A stretch of 28,851 bases of DNA from a virus (taxonomy: Duplodnaviria > Caudoviricetes): the IMG/VR virus record IMGVR_UViG_3300032103_000032, positions 1 through 28,851 of that record. The stretch is one strand, 5' to 3'. This document shows positions 17,897 to 26,359 of this stretch, piece after piece (within the stretch, counting starts at the first letter, position 1; each line of letters starts with the position of its first letter). Below the pieces are notes generated by a model that saw nothing but the letters and a program-made list of their open reading frames with translations, ran no database searches and was not told the origin of the DNA. Made by a program: the position numbers and the translations under genes.

Positions 17897-19027
17897 TCAC
17901 GCGAAAAACAGATCACCAACCACTTCAGCCGTGCCGGTCGCCGTGGTGTCTGCGTCTGCTGCGCCCGTCACAATGGTGCGGCCAATGCCAGTGGTGAAGC
18001 CAACCCCGCGTGCGAAGTCGCGGGTAACAGAGCCGCCTGGTGGGATACCGATGGTCATGACCACGCCTGTACCTGCCGTGGGCACGCCGTTGACGTTGTG
18101 CAGCTTCACGTACCGCCAACTCGCTGAGTTGTTGCTAAGGCTCCAGCCATACAGTCGGCCCGCCGACCCCTTGACGTTGGCGGCGTTGGTCGTAGCCGCA
18201 GACACCATGTGGTGAATCAAATCCCCGCCCGCCGCCGTGGTGCGGACTTGCATGCCGATGTCGCCGATTAAGTTGCTGCCTGCGGCCAGCGAGCCAGTGC
18301 CGATGTTGGCCGTGACGGTGCCAGACACTGGCTGCGTGCCCGATACCTGCGCGGCAGGGATCGGCTCGGTGGCGTAGGGGGCGGGTTGAAGCCGCCAGCT
18401 TTGTGCGCCGCTGGTGAAGGCGGTAGCTCGAACCCGGAACCAACTCAGCCCGTTGACCGACAGCTCCCACGCGTAGGCGGGTGCGGCCGACAGGTTGCCT
18501 GTCGTGGTCTCGATGGTGTTGGCGTTTGACCGGACGGCCTGCACAGAAAACCAGTTGCCGTTCGTGCCGTCGGTGCTGTTCAGCGAGCCTTCAAACGCCA
18601 CATTGACCGTGTTGAAGGTGCCGAAGCAGTGAATGGTGATGTTCGACGTGCGGGTGGTGTCCATCACCACCGTCTGACCGTTGGCCGTGATGTTGCCGGT
18701 AATGGCCTCTTGCGCCGAAGGCTCTGCCGACACCTTCAAGCGGCCAGCGCCGTTGACCTGGAACGGCACGTAGTCACCGTCTTGCCCCAGGTTCACCCCA
18801 TGCGCGTCGGTGCGCACACCCAGCATCATGATGCCGCTGGACGCACTGATGTGCGGGCTGTCTTCGGTCTGCACCAGGCCCTGCAAATGCACTGGCAGCG
18901 GGTTAGTGGCGCTTACGTCCACCGAAGCGCCGTCTTCCCCCCACGTAGCTTTCACGCGGGGGTGGTGAACACCCGTCACATTATCGGAAGCGAACGGAAC
19001 GCCTCCTACAAGATAGTTGTCAGCCAT
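17897..19027 (-). CDS. Putative virion structural protein (beta-sandwich domains)
   Basis: 376 aa, Thr/Gly/Ala/Asn-rich. VAFEGSLNSTDGTNGNWF...WFRVRAT domain and a C-terminal VKGSAGRLYGW...YVKLHN domain. Confidence 0.7.
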   Translation of the reverse strand: MADNYLVGGVPFASDNVTGVHHPRVKATWGEDGASVDVSATNPLPVHLQGLVQTEDSPHISASSGIMMLGVRTDAHGVNLGQDGDYVPFQVNGAGRLKVSAEPSAQEAITGNITANGQTVVMDTTRTSNITIHCFGTFNTVNVAFEGSLNSTDGTNGNWFSVQAVRSNANTIETTTGNLSAAPAYAWELSVNGLSWFRVRATAFTSGAQSWRLQPAPYATEPIPAAQVSGTQPVSGTVTANIGTGSLAAGSNLIGDIGMQVRTTAAGGDLIHHMVSAATTNAANVKGSAGRLYGWSLSNNSASWRYVKLHNVNGVPTAGTGVVMTIGIPPGGSVTRDFARGVGFTTGIGRTIVTGAADADTTATGTAEVVGDLFFA

Positions 19028-19029
19028 GG

Positions 19030-19407
19030 TTATGCCGCGTGGGTGATGATGGCGGCACTGATCGTGACCGTCTGGCCGCTGCTGATGTTCAGCGAGTCTA
19101 GGTTGATGTCGCTGCCACTGAGGCCGACCGTAAGGCCGGTGATGACGTCGGTGCCGCCCGATGCCGTGCGAATCCGCGCGGCACCCGCTGTACCACTGGC
19201 CGATGCCGTGGCGTTTCGCGGGAAGCCGGAAAGCGTCAGCACTCCAGCCCCCGTGGCAGCGCCTGCGATGGGGTTCGACAGGCTATATGTCGCCAGGATG
19301 GTTCCCATGCCCGTGGTGCCGATCTCCAGCACCGCCGTTGAGCCTGCCTGGGTGGTGACTGCGCCCATTCGGGCTATTTTTACTGCGTTAGGGTAAACGA
19401 CAGCCAT
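19030..19407 (-). CDS. Putative virion structural protein
   Basis: 125 aa Ala/Gly/Thr-rich, AAAGGA SD, tightly coupled to the next gene. Confidence 0.7.
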   Translation of the reverse strand: MAVVYPNAVKIARMGAVTTQAGSTAVLEIGTTGMGTILATYSLSNPIAGAATGAGVLTLSGFPRNATASASGTAGAARIRTASGGTDVITGLTVGLSGSDINLDSLNISSGQTVTISAAIITHAA

Positions 19408-19422
19408 GATGGATTCCTTTGC

Positions 19423-19617
19423 TTACGGAACTTGGAGCCACAGATCGTTGATCTGAGGGTTAGACGGCGGGGTCGCCGATACGATGATTCCGGGGTTGCC
19501 TTGTGGCCCTTGTGGGCCTACGCCAGGCGGGCCCTGCTGTACCGCCACCTCGACAACCTCAATGCCATCGGGCGTCACCACCACCTCAAGGCTTGGCAGC
19601 TGGACCACATCAGTCAC
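19423..19617 (-). CDS. Small collagen-like protein
   Basis: GPP-GV-GPQ-GPQ-GNP-G triplets then VSATPPSNPQINDLWLQ. GGAGG SD before a GTG that overlaps the upstream gene's end. Confidence 0.65.
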   Translation of the reverse strand: MTDVVQLPSLEVVVTPDGIEVVEVAVQQGPPGVGPQGPQGNPGIIVSATPPSNPQINDLWLQVP

Positions 19618-19963
19618 GGGTCACCTCCGGTGAAACAACCGCACCGCCTTCGAGCAGGCGGCGCACCACTCCGCTGGGAAATGCGACCTCCAGGTCGTAG
19701 ACGCCTGTGCGCCAGGTAAGCGCAGCGGTCTGCGCCGCGCTCATCTGGAGCACTAGGTTAGGGGCCGTGGCAGCCAGCAAAATGCCGCCGTTTTCGGTGG
19801 TCAGAGAAAGCAATACGTCCTCAGATTCCACCGTGGGGCGCACCTGCATACGGGCCGTGCAGCCCACGAGGTCGGTCACGGCACCACCGCTTAGCCGCCA
19901 GGTGAGTGGCAGCGAGAGGGTGGCACCCTGATAAACCGTCAGTTTGTATTTACCAGGCTTCAT
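19610..19963 (-). CDS. Putative fibre attachment/adaptor protein (Ig-like)
   Basis: YQGAT...DLVGCTARMQVR...GVYDLEV...RLLEG...VSPEVTR pattern of phage fibre-anchoring domains. First gene after box 3. Confidence 0.7.
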   Translation of the reverse strand: MKPGKYKLTVYQGATLSLPLTWRLSGGAVTDLVGCTARMQVRPTVESEDVLLSLTTENGGILLAATAPNLVLQMSAAQTAALTWRTGVYDLEVAFPSGVVRRLLEGGAVVSPEVTRD

Positions 19964-19986
19964 GTGGGTAAATTACCTGCGTCAAC

Positions 19987-20018
19987 GTCTCAAAACTAGG
20001 CCAACTTGAGACGGTTTA
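19987..20018 (-). promoter_or_regulatory. Late-promoter dyad box 3
   Basis: TAAACCGTCTCAAGTTGGCCTAGTTTTGAGAC, 24 bp from the ATG at 19963. It begins with the stop codon of the Mor-like gene. Confidence 0.7.
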
Positions 20019-20354
20019 AGTTTTTACCAATCGGTAAACCGTGGCCCTCGATACGCCATACCTGACGGCCAGCTGCTGGACGTTGCGGCCGTTGTACTCG
20101 TGGCGGATCATTGCCACCAGGGCCTGGCGGTCTCGGTATGTGGCGGCGTAGTGCTTGGCCCCGCCGAACATGCGCCGGGCCATCTGCTCAATTTCCGGCA
20201 GCTTATCGTTCAGCTCGGGGATGGGGCCGCACTCGCGCTGCACCATTTCCAGAATCTGGGTGATGATGTCTTCGCGGTCTGGTCTTGCTTCGGACTGGCC
20301 CACGAACACTTGAGCACGCGCAGCCGAACGGCTTTTGACTTTTTCGATAGTCAC
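20016..20354 (-). CDS. Mor/C-family transcription activator
   Basis: RMFGGAKHY followed by the HTH IRHEYNGRNVQQLAVRYGVSRATVYRLV, as in phage Mu Mor and C. Confidence 0.88.
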   Translation of the reverse strand: MTIEKVKSRSAARAQVFVGQSEARPDREDIITQILEMVQRECGPIPELNDKLPEIEQMARRMFGGAKHYAATYRDRQALVAMIRHEYNGRNVQQLAVRYGVSRATVYRLVKT

Positions 20355-22390
20355 CAGGATCTCCTGAAAGTGTTATGTGTCAGGGTTTTGGTATCCCGCA
20401 CCGCTTTTGCCACAGGTGACACGACTTCCTGAGATGCGGTTTGAGTTTTGAGCGCAGGATCGTCGGCCTTGACTGCCGAGAAAAGATCACGCGTGCTGGG
20501 AGCAATGACGTCTTCGATGCGGGCCCACTGCACCTCGGTCCATCGCTCAATGCCCACCCAGATGGCGGCGGCGTAGGCGTAGACGGCGCAGTCCAGCGCC
20601 TCGTTGCGCCGGCCATTGGGCTTGACCCATTCCATGCGAGCGTGGCCCTTGATGTACTTGGTGACGAGGCGCTCGGCGGTCATCTGCTCGAATTCGTCTG
20701 TGCTGGCCAGGGCGCGTGGCAGGTGGATGAAGCCGGGGCCGGGTTGTGCCTGGCGCAGGCGCCCGTAGATCACGCCCTTGGCAATGTCGGTGCCCACCAG
20801 CCAGAGCTTGACGCCTCGCGGGATTTTCTGGCCGCGCCAGGTGACGTCGATGTCGCTGGGCTTGCTGAGTATGGCCTTGCCCCTAGCGCTGCTGCCCTTG
20901 ACGGCCAGGACGTTGGCGTGGTGGTGCGCCCGAACGTAGGCGTACACCTGCTGGGTGTGGTGGCCGCCCGTGTCAATGGCGCAGGCTCTGACCAGCACCT
21001 GGGCACCACTGGCGTGCAGGTACGGGGTGCGGCGGCGCTCGGTGAGGCGGGTCCACACGCTGCCGGGCTGGCCTTCCTCGATGGCCGGGTCGCCGTAGAT
21101 GATTTCCCGCTCCACCAGCCAGCTTTCCTGGCCACGGCCCCAGGCCCAGGTGCGGTACTCGATACGGTCGCCCTGCACGTCTACGCCCATGGTGAGCAGC
21201 AGGCCCCCGTGGGGCACCTGGCCGATGGGGTAATCCTCCGCACGGCGGGCCAGCTCGTGCGTAGCCACCTTGTCGCCCTGCTCTTCCCAGGTTTCGGCCA
21301 GCACGGTGTTGGTGAAGGTCTTGAGCTTGGTCACATCGCCCTGCTTGGCGGCCAGGGTGGCATCGTGCCACTGGGCCACCAGGTCAGCCCAGCCGATCCA
21401 GCCCAGCGGGGCGTACAGGGCGTTCAGGTGGTAGCCGGTCTGCCTGCCGGGGCGGCTGGCTTCCTTGCCGGCCACCCAGTGCCCAACGGCCAGCATGGCA
21501 GGTTTGTGATGCTCCTGGATGATGCCGCCACAATGCCTGCAGACGTAATGCACCGATGAGTAATCGGGTGAACCGTCTTCCAGCTTGCGCCACTTGAGTC
21601 CATGGTCACCCTTGGTGCCCCACTCCAGCGCCTGGTGTTCGTTGCAATGGGGGCACGGAACCTGGAAGCGGCAGGCGCTAGTCTGCAGGTAGGCACCCTC
21701 GATGCGGCTGAAGTTTTTGGTGGTGGGAGTGGACACCTTCAGCACCTTGCGCCTGGCGAAGGTGCTGGTGCGCTTTTCGGCCAGGGCCACCGGGTCGCCT
21801 TCGCCGTCCACGTCCAGCGGGTAGGCGTCAATCTCGTCCAGGAACAGGTAGCGCACGGGCATGGAGCGCAGGCTGGCCGCACTGTTCGCGCCCGACACCA
21901 CCAGGACGCCACCGGCAAAGTCTTTCATCAGCGTGGTGTTGGCATCGTCACGGCTGCGGTTTTCGCGCACCTTGCGGCGCAGCGCCGGGGTTTCCTCCAG
22001 CATAGGCGTGATGCGCTGACGGCTGAAGCGCTTGGCCATGTCGGTGGTGGGCTGCACGCACATCACCGGGCCGGGTTCGTTGTCGATGATGTACCCCAGC
22101 CAGTTCATGCCACTTTCGCTCTTTCCCATTTGAGCCGCGAACATCACCACTACTTCCTGCACGCTGCTGCGGGCGCTCAGGTCGTCCATGATCTGGCGCA
22201 GGTACGGGGTGCGGTCGGTTCGCCAGGGGCCGGGTTCGCTGGACGCCTTGCCCGACAGCATGCGGTGGCCATCTGCCCACTGGCTGACGGTGACGGCGGC
22301 GGGTGGCTTCATAAACTCCGCGAACAGCTCGGCCACCAGGCGGTCGGCCCGCGCTGGATCAGCCAGTGTGATGGACTCGCAGGCCCCCAT
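20351..22390 (-). CDS. terL: Terminase large subunit (lambda gpA family)
   Basis: PGPWRTDRTPY, Walker A AQMGKS, Walker B LFLDEID, STPT, VPCPHC, GVDVQ, IDTGG and NEALDC motifs. Confidence 0.96.
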   Translation of the reverse strand: MGACESITLADPARADRLVAELFAEFMKPPAAVTVSQWADGHRMLSGKASSEPGPWRTDRTPYLRQIMDDLSARSSVQEVVVMFAAQMGKSESGMNWLGYIIDNEPGPVMCVQPTTDMAKRFSRQRITPMLEETPALRRKVRENRSRDDANTTLMKDFAGGVLVVSGANSAASLRSMPVRYLFLDEIDAYPLDVDGEGDPVALAEKRTSTFARRKVLKVSTPTTKNFSRIEGAYLQTSACRFQVPCPHCNEHQALEWGTKGDHGLKWRKLEDGSPDYSSVHYVCRHCGGIIQEHHKPAMLAVGHWVAGKEASRPGRQTGYHLNALYAPLGWIGWADLVAQWHDATLAAKQGDVTKLKTFTNTVLAETWEEQGDKVATHELARRAEDYPIGQVPHGGLLLTMGVDVQGDRIEYRTWAWGRGQESWLVEREIIYGDPAIEEGQPGSVWTRLTERRRTPYLHASGAQVLVRACAIDTGGHHTQQVYAYVRAHHHANVLAVKGSSARGKAILSKPSDIDVTWRGQKIPRGVKLWLVGTDIAKGVIYGRLRQAQPGPGFIHLPRALASTDEFEQMTAERLVTKYIKGHARMEWVKPNGRRNEALDCAVYAYAAAIWVGIERWTEVQWARIEDVIAPSTRDLFSAVKADDPALKTQTASQEVVSPVAKAVRDTKTLTHNTFRRSW

Positions 22391-22392
22391 GG

Positions 22393-22935
22393 TCAGGCCA
22401 CCTCCTGCACCGGGACGCCATCGCGGCTCAGCTCGGCCAGCGCCTGGCGCAGCTCGTCTTCCAGCAGCCTGGCCACCTGGTCCACATCGGACTGCGCGGC
22501 CAGCGTGGGTGACACCCTGCTCGGGATCTGCAGCAGAGCATCGCGGGTGCTGGCCACTCGCTTGGCCCAGGCGGCGCGGATTACCTCGACCCGGATCAGT
22601 TTGCCCTCCAGTTCGGCCTCCCGCATCTCGGCCAGGTTGGCTTCGGCAATCTCGCGCCGGGTACGGGCCGCCTGGAAGTCCTCATCAGCACCAGGACCAC
22701 TGACCACGTTGGCCACGATCACATCGGAGCGCGGGAAGATGGGCGCAGGCGGCGGCAGGTAGGCCGGAGCCGCAGCGCGGGCCGGGTTCGGCTCTGTGCG
22801 GCTGCGCACACCGATGTTCTGCGTGTACCATGCCTTCGCCGCCTCCACCGAGTGTGTGGGCATGCCCTTGCGCACATAGCGCGACAGTACCGACTTGTGC
22901 AGTCCCAGGGCTTCGGCAAGGTCTTTTTGCTTCAT
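22393..22935 (-). CDS. terS: Terminase small subunit (Nu1-like)
   Basis: N-terminal HTH (MKQKDLAEALGLHKSVLSRYVRKGMP) and coiled coil ARTRREIAEANLAEM...EGKLI. ATG at 22935 preferred over TTG at 22941. Confidence 0.88.
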   Translation of the reverse strand: MKQKDLAEALGLHKSVLSRYVRKGMPTHSVEAAKAWYTQNIGVRSRTEPNPARAAAPAYLPPPAPIFPRSDVIVANVVSGPGADEDFQAARTRREIAEANLAEMREAELEGKLIRVEVIRAAWAKRVASTRDALLQIPSRVSPTLAAQSDVDQVARLLEDELRQALAELSRDGVPVQEVA

Positions 22936-23006
22936 TGGCAATAGAGGACGTCAATCAAGTTGCATCAGGAATGGTGAACGGTTGCACTGTTTCAAAACCT
23001 GCCCAC

Positions 23007-23060
23007 TAGCGAAATCCCGAGATCGCTTCGTACCCGTTCTGCAGGCACGCGGAAGGACCC
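23007..23060 (-). other. Lambda-like cos packaging region (cosQ-cosN-like)
   Basis: Minus strand reads GGGTCCT (lambda cosQ sequence) ...GATCTCGGGATTTCGCTA, comparable to lambda GACCTCGCGGGTTTTCGCTA. Immediately upstream of terS. Confidence 0.7.
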
Positions 23061-23074
23061 AACCGGGGGGGGCG

Positions 23075-23647
23075 TCAACGCATGCGGCTGGCATAGAACC
23101 TGACTTGTTGTTCAAAGACTTCAGGGAAGCGCTGCTGCAGGACGCGAACCACGGCGGCGTTGATGCGGCCCTGGTTGAACATTTGCGGCACGTCTATGGT
23201 GCGCAGCGACTCTATGGGCAGGCGGCCCGTGCCAGTTCGCCGGAAGGCGGTGCGGCCCTTGTTGCCAATGAATGCACCAGGAACACGGCTGATGGCCCCG
23301 CCCTTGCGAATACGGAAGCCCACTTGAGGCCCACCCTTGCGGCCATTGTTCGGTGCCTTGCGCACCAGGAACACCACCAGGTTGGCTGAGCGCTTGCCCG
23401 TGCCAAGCAGGCTGGCGGTGAACGACAGGCTTTTTCCCTTGAATATGGCGCGGCTTATGGCTAGGCGCTGGCGAACGTATGCGGCCTTCAGGTTGTAGGT
23501 GCCGGTGATCTCCCGCTGCATGGCGGTGCGGGCCTGCTCCATGGTGCGGTTCACGGCCATGGACAATGCCTTGTCGGCAATGTCAGAGCGCAAACGCTGC
23601 AGCTTTTTCTGCACATCGGGGAAGTTGGTTTTAATGCTGAGCTGCAT
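23075..23647 (-). CDS. Minor tail protein Z-like / basic tail completion protein
   Basis: Very basic 190 aa, ALSMAVNRT...Y...GAFI...FRR...RLPI pattern of the gpZ family. Confidence 0.75.
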   Translation of the reverse strand: MQLSIKTNFPDVQKKLQRLRSDIADKALSMAVNRTMEQARTAMQREITGTYNLKAAYVRQRLAISRAIFKGKSLSFTASLLGTGKRSANLVVFLVRKAPNNGRKGGPQVGFRIRKGGAISRVPGAFIGNKGRTAFRRTGTGRLPIESLRTIDVPQMFNQGRINAAVVRVLQQRFPEVFEQQVRFYASRMR

Positions 23648-23668
23648 GGTTTATTCCTGGTTGCTGGT

Positions 23669-23878
23669 GGTAGCGGCATAAACCCTAATGCCGCTACCGA
23701 AAAACCTTTTCAAATCAAAGCGGTAGCGGCATACCAGGCAGTAGCGGCATTTTTTACGTGATGTGTGCGCACGCGCGTGCATGTATGTATAGGAGAATGC
23801 CGCTACTGCTTGTCTTGCCGCTACCGCTTTGATTTCATTGAACTTTTCGGTAGCGGCATGCAACCCTAATGCCGCTAC
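23669..23878. repeat. Palindromic array of eight GTAGCGGCA repeats, probable replication origin
   Basis: Copies near 23670(+), 23689(-), 23723(+), 23741(+), 23798(-), 23816(-), 23850(+) and 23870(-), in mirror symmetry, directly downstream of the helicase gene. Confidence 0.75.
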
Positions 23879-23907
23879 TACCGGCAACCGGACAGAGGAT
23901 GAGCCGA

Positions 23908-25281
23908 TCATTCGTCGATCCTCCATGCCTTGATATGCTCGTCAAAGGCTGCAATGGCCTCTTCAGACCAGGCGCCCATATCAACACCCTTGGGGGGCGG
24001 GGCCACGAACCACATTCGGTGAACGGTATTGGCGCCCAGCTTGACCTTCCGCACATCCAGCGCATCGCCCGCCACACGCGCCACCATGCGCCCAAACCAG
24101 TTCTGGGTGACTGGCCATTTCTCGCCCTCGGCGCTGCACCATTTGCGGTACAGCCGGTAAGCCTGAGCGCTGCTGCAGGTGTTGAAGAGCACAGGCACTT
24201 CCCCGGCCTGCCATGACAACCAGAACCGCTCGGGGGTCGGGCGGCCCAGGTCTTGAAGGTTTTGCTTGGCCGCGGTGACAGGCGGCGGCGCGTAAGGGTC
24301 GAACTCGGAGAGATCGCGCTGAAGCAGGAAGTGCAAGAAGGCTTCACGCCCACCGCTGTTCATGCACTCGCTGGCGGCCTGGTAGAAGCTGAGCTCCTGC
24401 TTGGGTGGCGTCCACACCACCAGGTAGCGCCGGTCTGACGAATCCAGCGCATTGGGCTGCAGCTCGTTGGACAGGAACACCATGTTCACATGGTTGCGCT
24501 CGGAGCGCACCGGCATCATCTTGGTGTTGATCTGGATGGTCCTGCCAGAAATCATCGCCTTCAGCTTGCCTTTGAGGTGGCGCATCTCCTGGCGGCTCAG
24601 CACCTCATCGCCGATGACGAAACAGGTCTTGCTTATCCAATCGTTGAACCTGTCTTCCAGCTGGTCCTGGCCCACCACCTTGGCGTATTCGCCATACAGG
24701 CTGGCGTAGCACTCCCAGAAGAGGTTCTTACCGCTGCCCTCGTCGCCGTGCATGATGATGGACGTGGGCATCTTGGCGCCCAGGTTCTGCAGCGGGTAAG
24801 CACACCAGTCCAGCACCCAGTTGTAGATGGTTTCGTCCTGGTCGCAGAGATGCTCCAGGAGGTCCAGGATGGGGCGGTAGTTACCCTCCATGGGCACCAT
24901 GTCCAGTCCACCGAACAGGTTGACGGCAGCAGGCCCACAGGAACCGGTGGGGTCAAAGACCACCTGGTCGGGCATCACATCGCGGCGCTTGTCGGAACCC
25001 AGCCACATCTTCACCTCGTCATTGCCGAAGGTGTGGCGCAGGTTGCTAATGAGGATGGCCATGCGGTTGGCCGCGTCCCAGGCAATGTTGCTGCCGTACT
25101 GGTACACGAAGTGCTTGAACAACGTCTGCAGCTTGCTGGTGTCCAGCACCTTCTTGCGCTTTTGACGGCGGGAAGATGTGCCTCGCGGCCCCTCTCCCCT
25201 GGGTGGTGGGGTGGTCGCGCCCTGGTTTTCGTCGTCCATGTCGTCCATGTCGGGCAGGTGGTAAACGTTGGGGTTAGGCAT
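23908..25281 (-). CDS. SF3 (D5-like) replicative helicase
   Basis: Walker A GDEGSGKN, Walker B FVIGDE, motif C FLSN, DRRY, and a C-terminal winged-helix-like region (AYRLYRKWC). Confidence 0.9.
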   Translation of the reverse strand: MPNPNVYHLPDMDDMDDENQGATTPPPRGEGPRGTSSRRQKRKKVLDTSKLQTLFKHFVYQYGSNIAWDAANRMAILISNLRHTFGNDEVKMWLGSDKRRDVMPDQVVFDPTGSCGPAAVNLFGGLDMVPMEGNYRPILDLLEHLCDQDETIYNWVLDWCAYPLQNLGAKMPTSIIMHGDEGSGKNLFWECYASLYGEYAKVVGQDQLEDRFNDWISKTCFVIGDEVLSRQEMRHLKGKLKAMISGRTIQINTKMMPVRSERNHVNMVFLSNELQPNALDSSDRRYLVVWTPPKQELSFYQAASECMNSGGREAFLHFLLQRDLSEFDPYAPPPVTAAKQNLQDLGRPTPERFWLSWQAGEVPVLFNTCSSAQAYRLYRKWCSAEGEKWPVTQNWFGRMVARVAGDALDVRKVKLGANTVHRMWFVAPPPKGVDMGAWSEEAIAAFDEHIKAWRIDE

Positions 25282-26359
25282 AGCGCTTCAGCTCCTCAAT
25301 GCCTTCAAATGCGAAGTTCATGGCTTCGGTCACGGCCTGCAGGCCCTCCAGCCGGTGCAGGTCGTTGAAGTCGGTGTCCTTGTCGGTGCGGGGTGTGGCC
25401 TTGTCAAACACCGGGTAATTGCGGCAGACCAGCCGTGCGCCCATGTCCATCACGCTTTCCATGGCCACCTGCGCCTGGATTCGGCCCACGTTCCAGGGCC
25501 AGCCATCGCGCTTGGTGGCGTGGTCGTCGTCGGCACAGATCACCATGGGGTTGCTGGGCAGCGCCTGGTAAACGTACTGGGCCACCAGGGGGAGGTTGTA
25601 GGCGTCGAACGCCACGAACACCGGGAGGCGGTAGCCCAGGGCCGCGCGAATGCTCATGCCCGTGGCCCAGCCTTCGCAGATGAACACCGGTTCACCCACC
25701 ACGGCCATGCCCAGTCGGCAGGCGGTGCCGGACTTTTCCATGCCGTAGGTGAACTTCTTGAATCCATCGGCAGCAATGATTTGCACACCCTTCAGCGCCT
25801 GGTCGCGCGGGAGGTCGTACCGGATCATGGGGATGACGATGCCGCCATCGGCCGTGAAGCGAACCGACTCGGGCCGCTCGACCAGCTTGCGGGTGCAATA
25901 GGGGCTGGAGCCTTCGCGTCTGGCCTGCTGCCACACCTGGAGCGCACGCTGCATGGCCGTGGCCGCATTGGCTTCGCTCTGGGCTTTCTCGGCGGCGGCC
26001 TTGGCTGCACGGGCGGCACGGCGCTGGGCCAGCTCCATCAGCTCTTCGCGGGTGGGGCCGTTTTCTCGGCGGGGCTGGTAACCGCCCTGCTTCGCAAACT
26101 TCACCACCGTGCCGATGCCATAGCCGCTGGATGTGTTGGACTTGAAGCCACGCCAACAGGCCCGCACGGCCTTGGCATCGTAATTGGGGGCACCGCTGCT
26201 CCACTTGTCCCAGGCGTCCAGCGCCTCGGTGCCGAACTCGGCCTTCAGCGCCATTCCCACGGCCAGCCACGTTTCACGGTCTTCAGCACCGTCAACGTAT
26301 TGCAGCATGGCCTCCACTTCACGCAGGGTGAGGGGGCGGCGGGCGGGAACAACGGTCAT
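25274..26359 (-). CDS. Primase, PriCT-2 plus TOPRIM domains
   Basis: DRETWLAVGMALK...WDKWS...NYD (PriCT-2). ICEGWATG, VAFD, ICADDD and TDFNDLH (TOPRIM). Confidence 0.9.
   Translation of the reverse strand: MTVVPARRPLTLREVEAMLQYVDGAEDRETWLAVGMALKAEFGTEALDAWDKWSSGAPNYDAKAVRACWRGFKSNTSSGYGIGTVVKFAKQGGYQPRRENGPTREELMELAQRRAARAAKAAAEKAQSEANAATAMQRALQVWQQARREGSSPYCTRKLVERPESVRFTADGGIVIPMIRYDLPRDQALKGVQIIAADGFKKFTYGMEKSGTACRLGMAVVGEPVFICEGWATGMSIRAALGYRLPVFVAFDAYNLPLVAQYVYQALPSNPMVICADDDHATKRDGWPWNVGRIQAQVAMESVMDMGARLVCRNYPVFDKATPRTDKDTDFNDLHRLEGLQAVTEAMNFAFEGIEELKRYA

Noticed and set aside
23065-23072. G8 run as a phase-variation tract
   Set aside because: Intergenic, next to the cosQ-like site. 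A length change would not shift any reading frame.
23669-23878. Repeat array as a CRISPR, and the 91-aa ORF 23651-23926 across it
   Set aside because: Repeats are 9-11 bp in both orientations with irregular spacing and there are no cas genes. The ORF merely translates the repeats.
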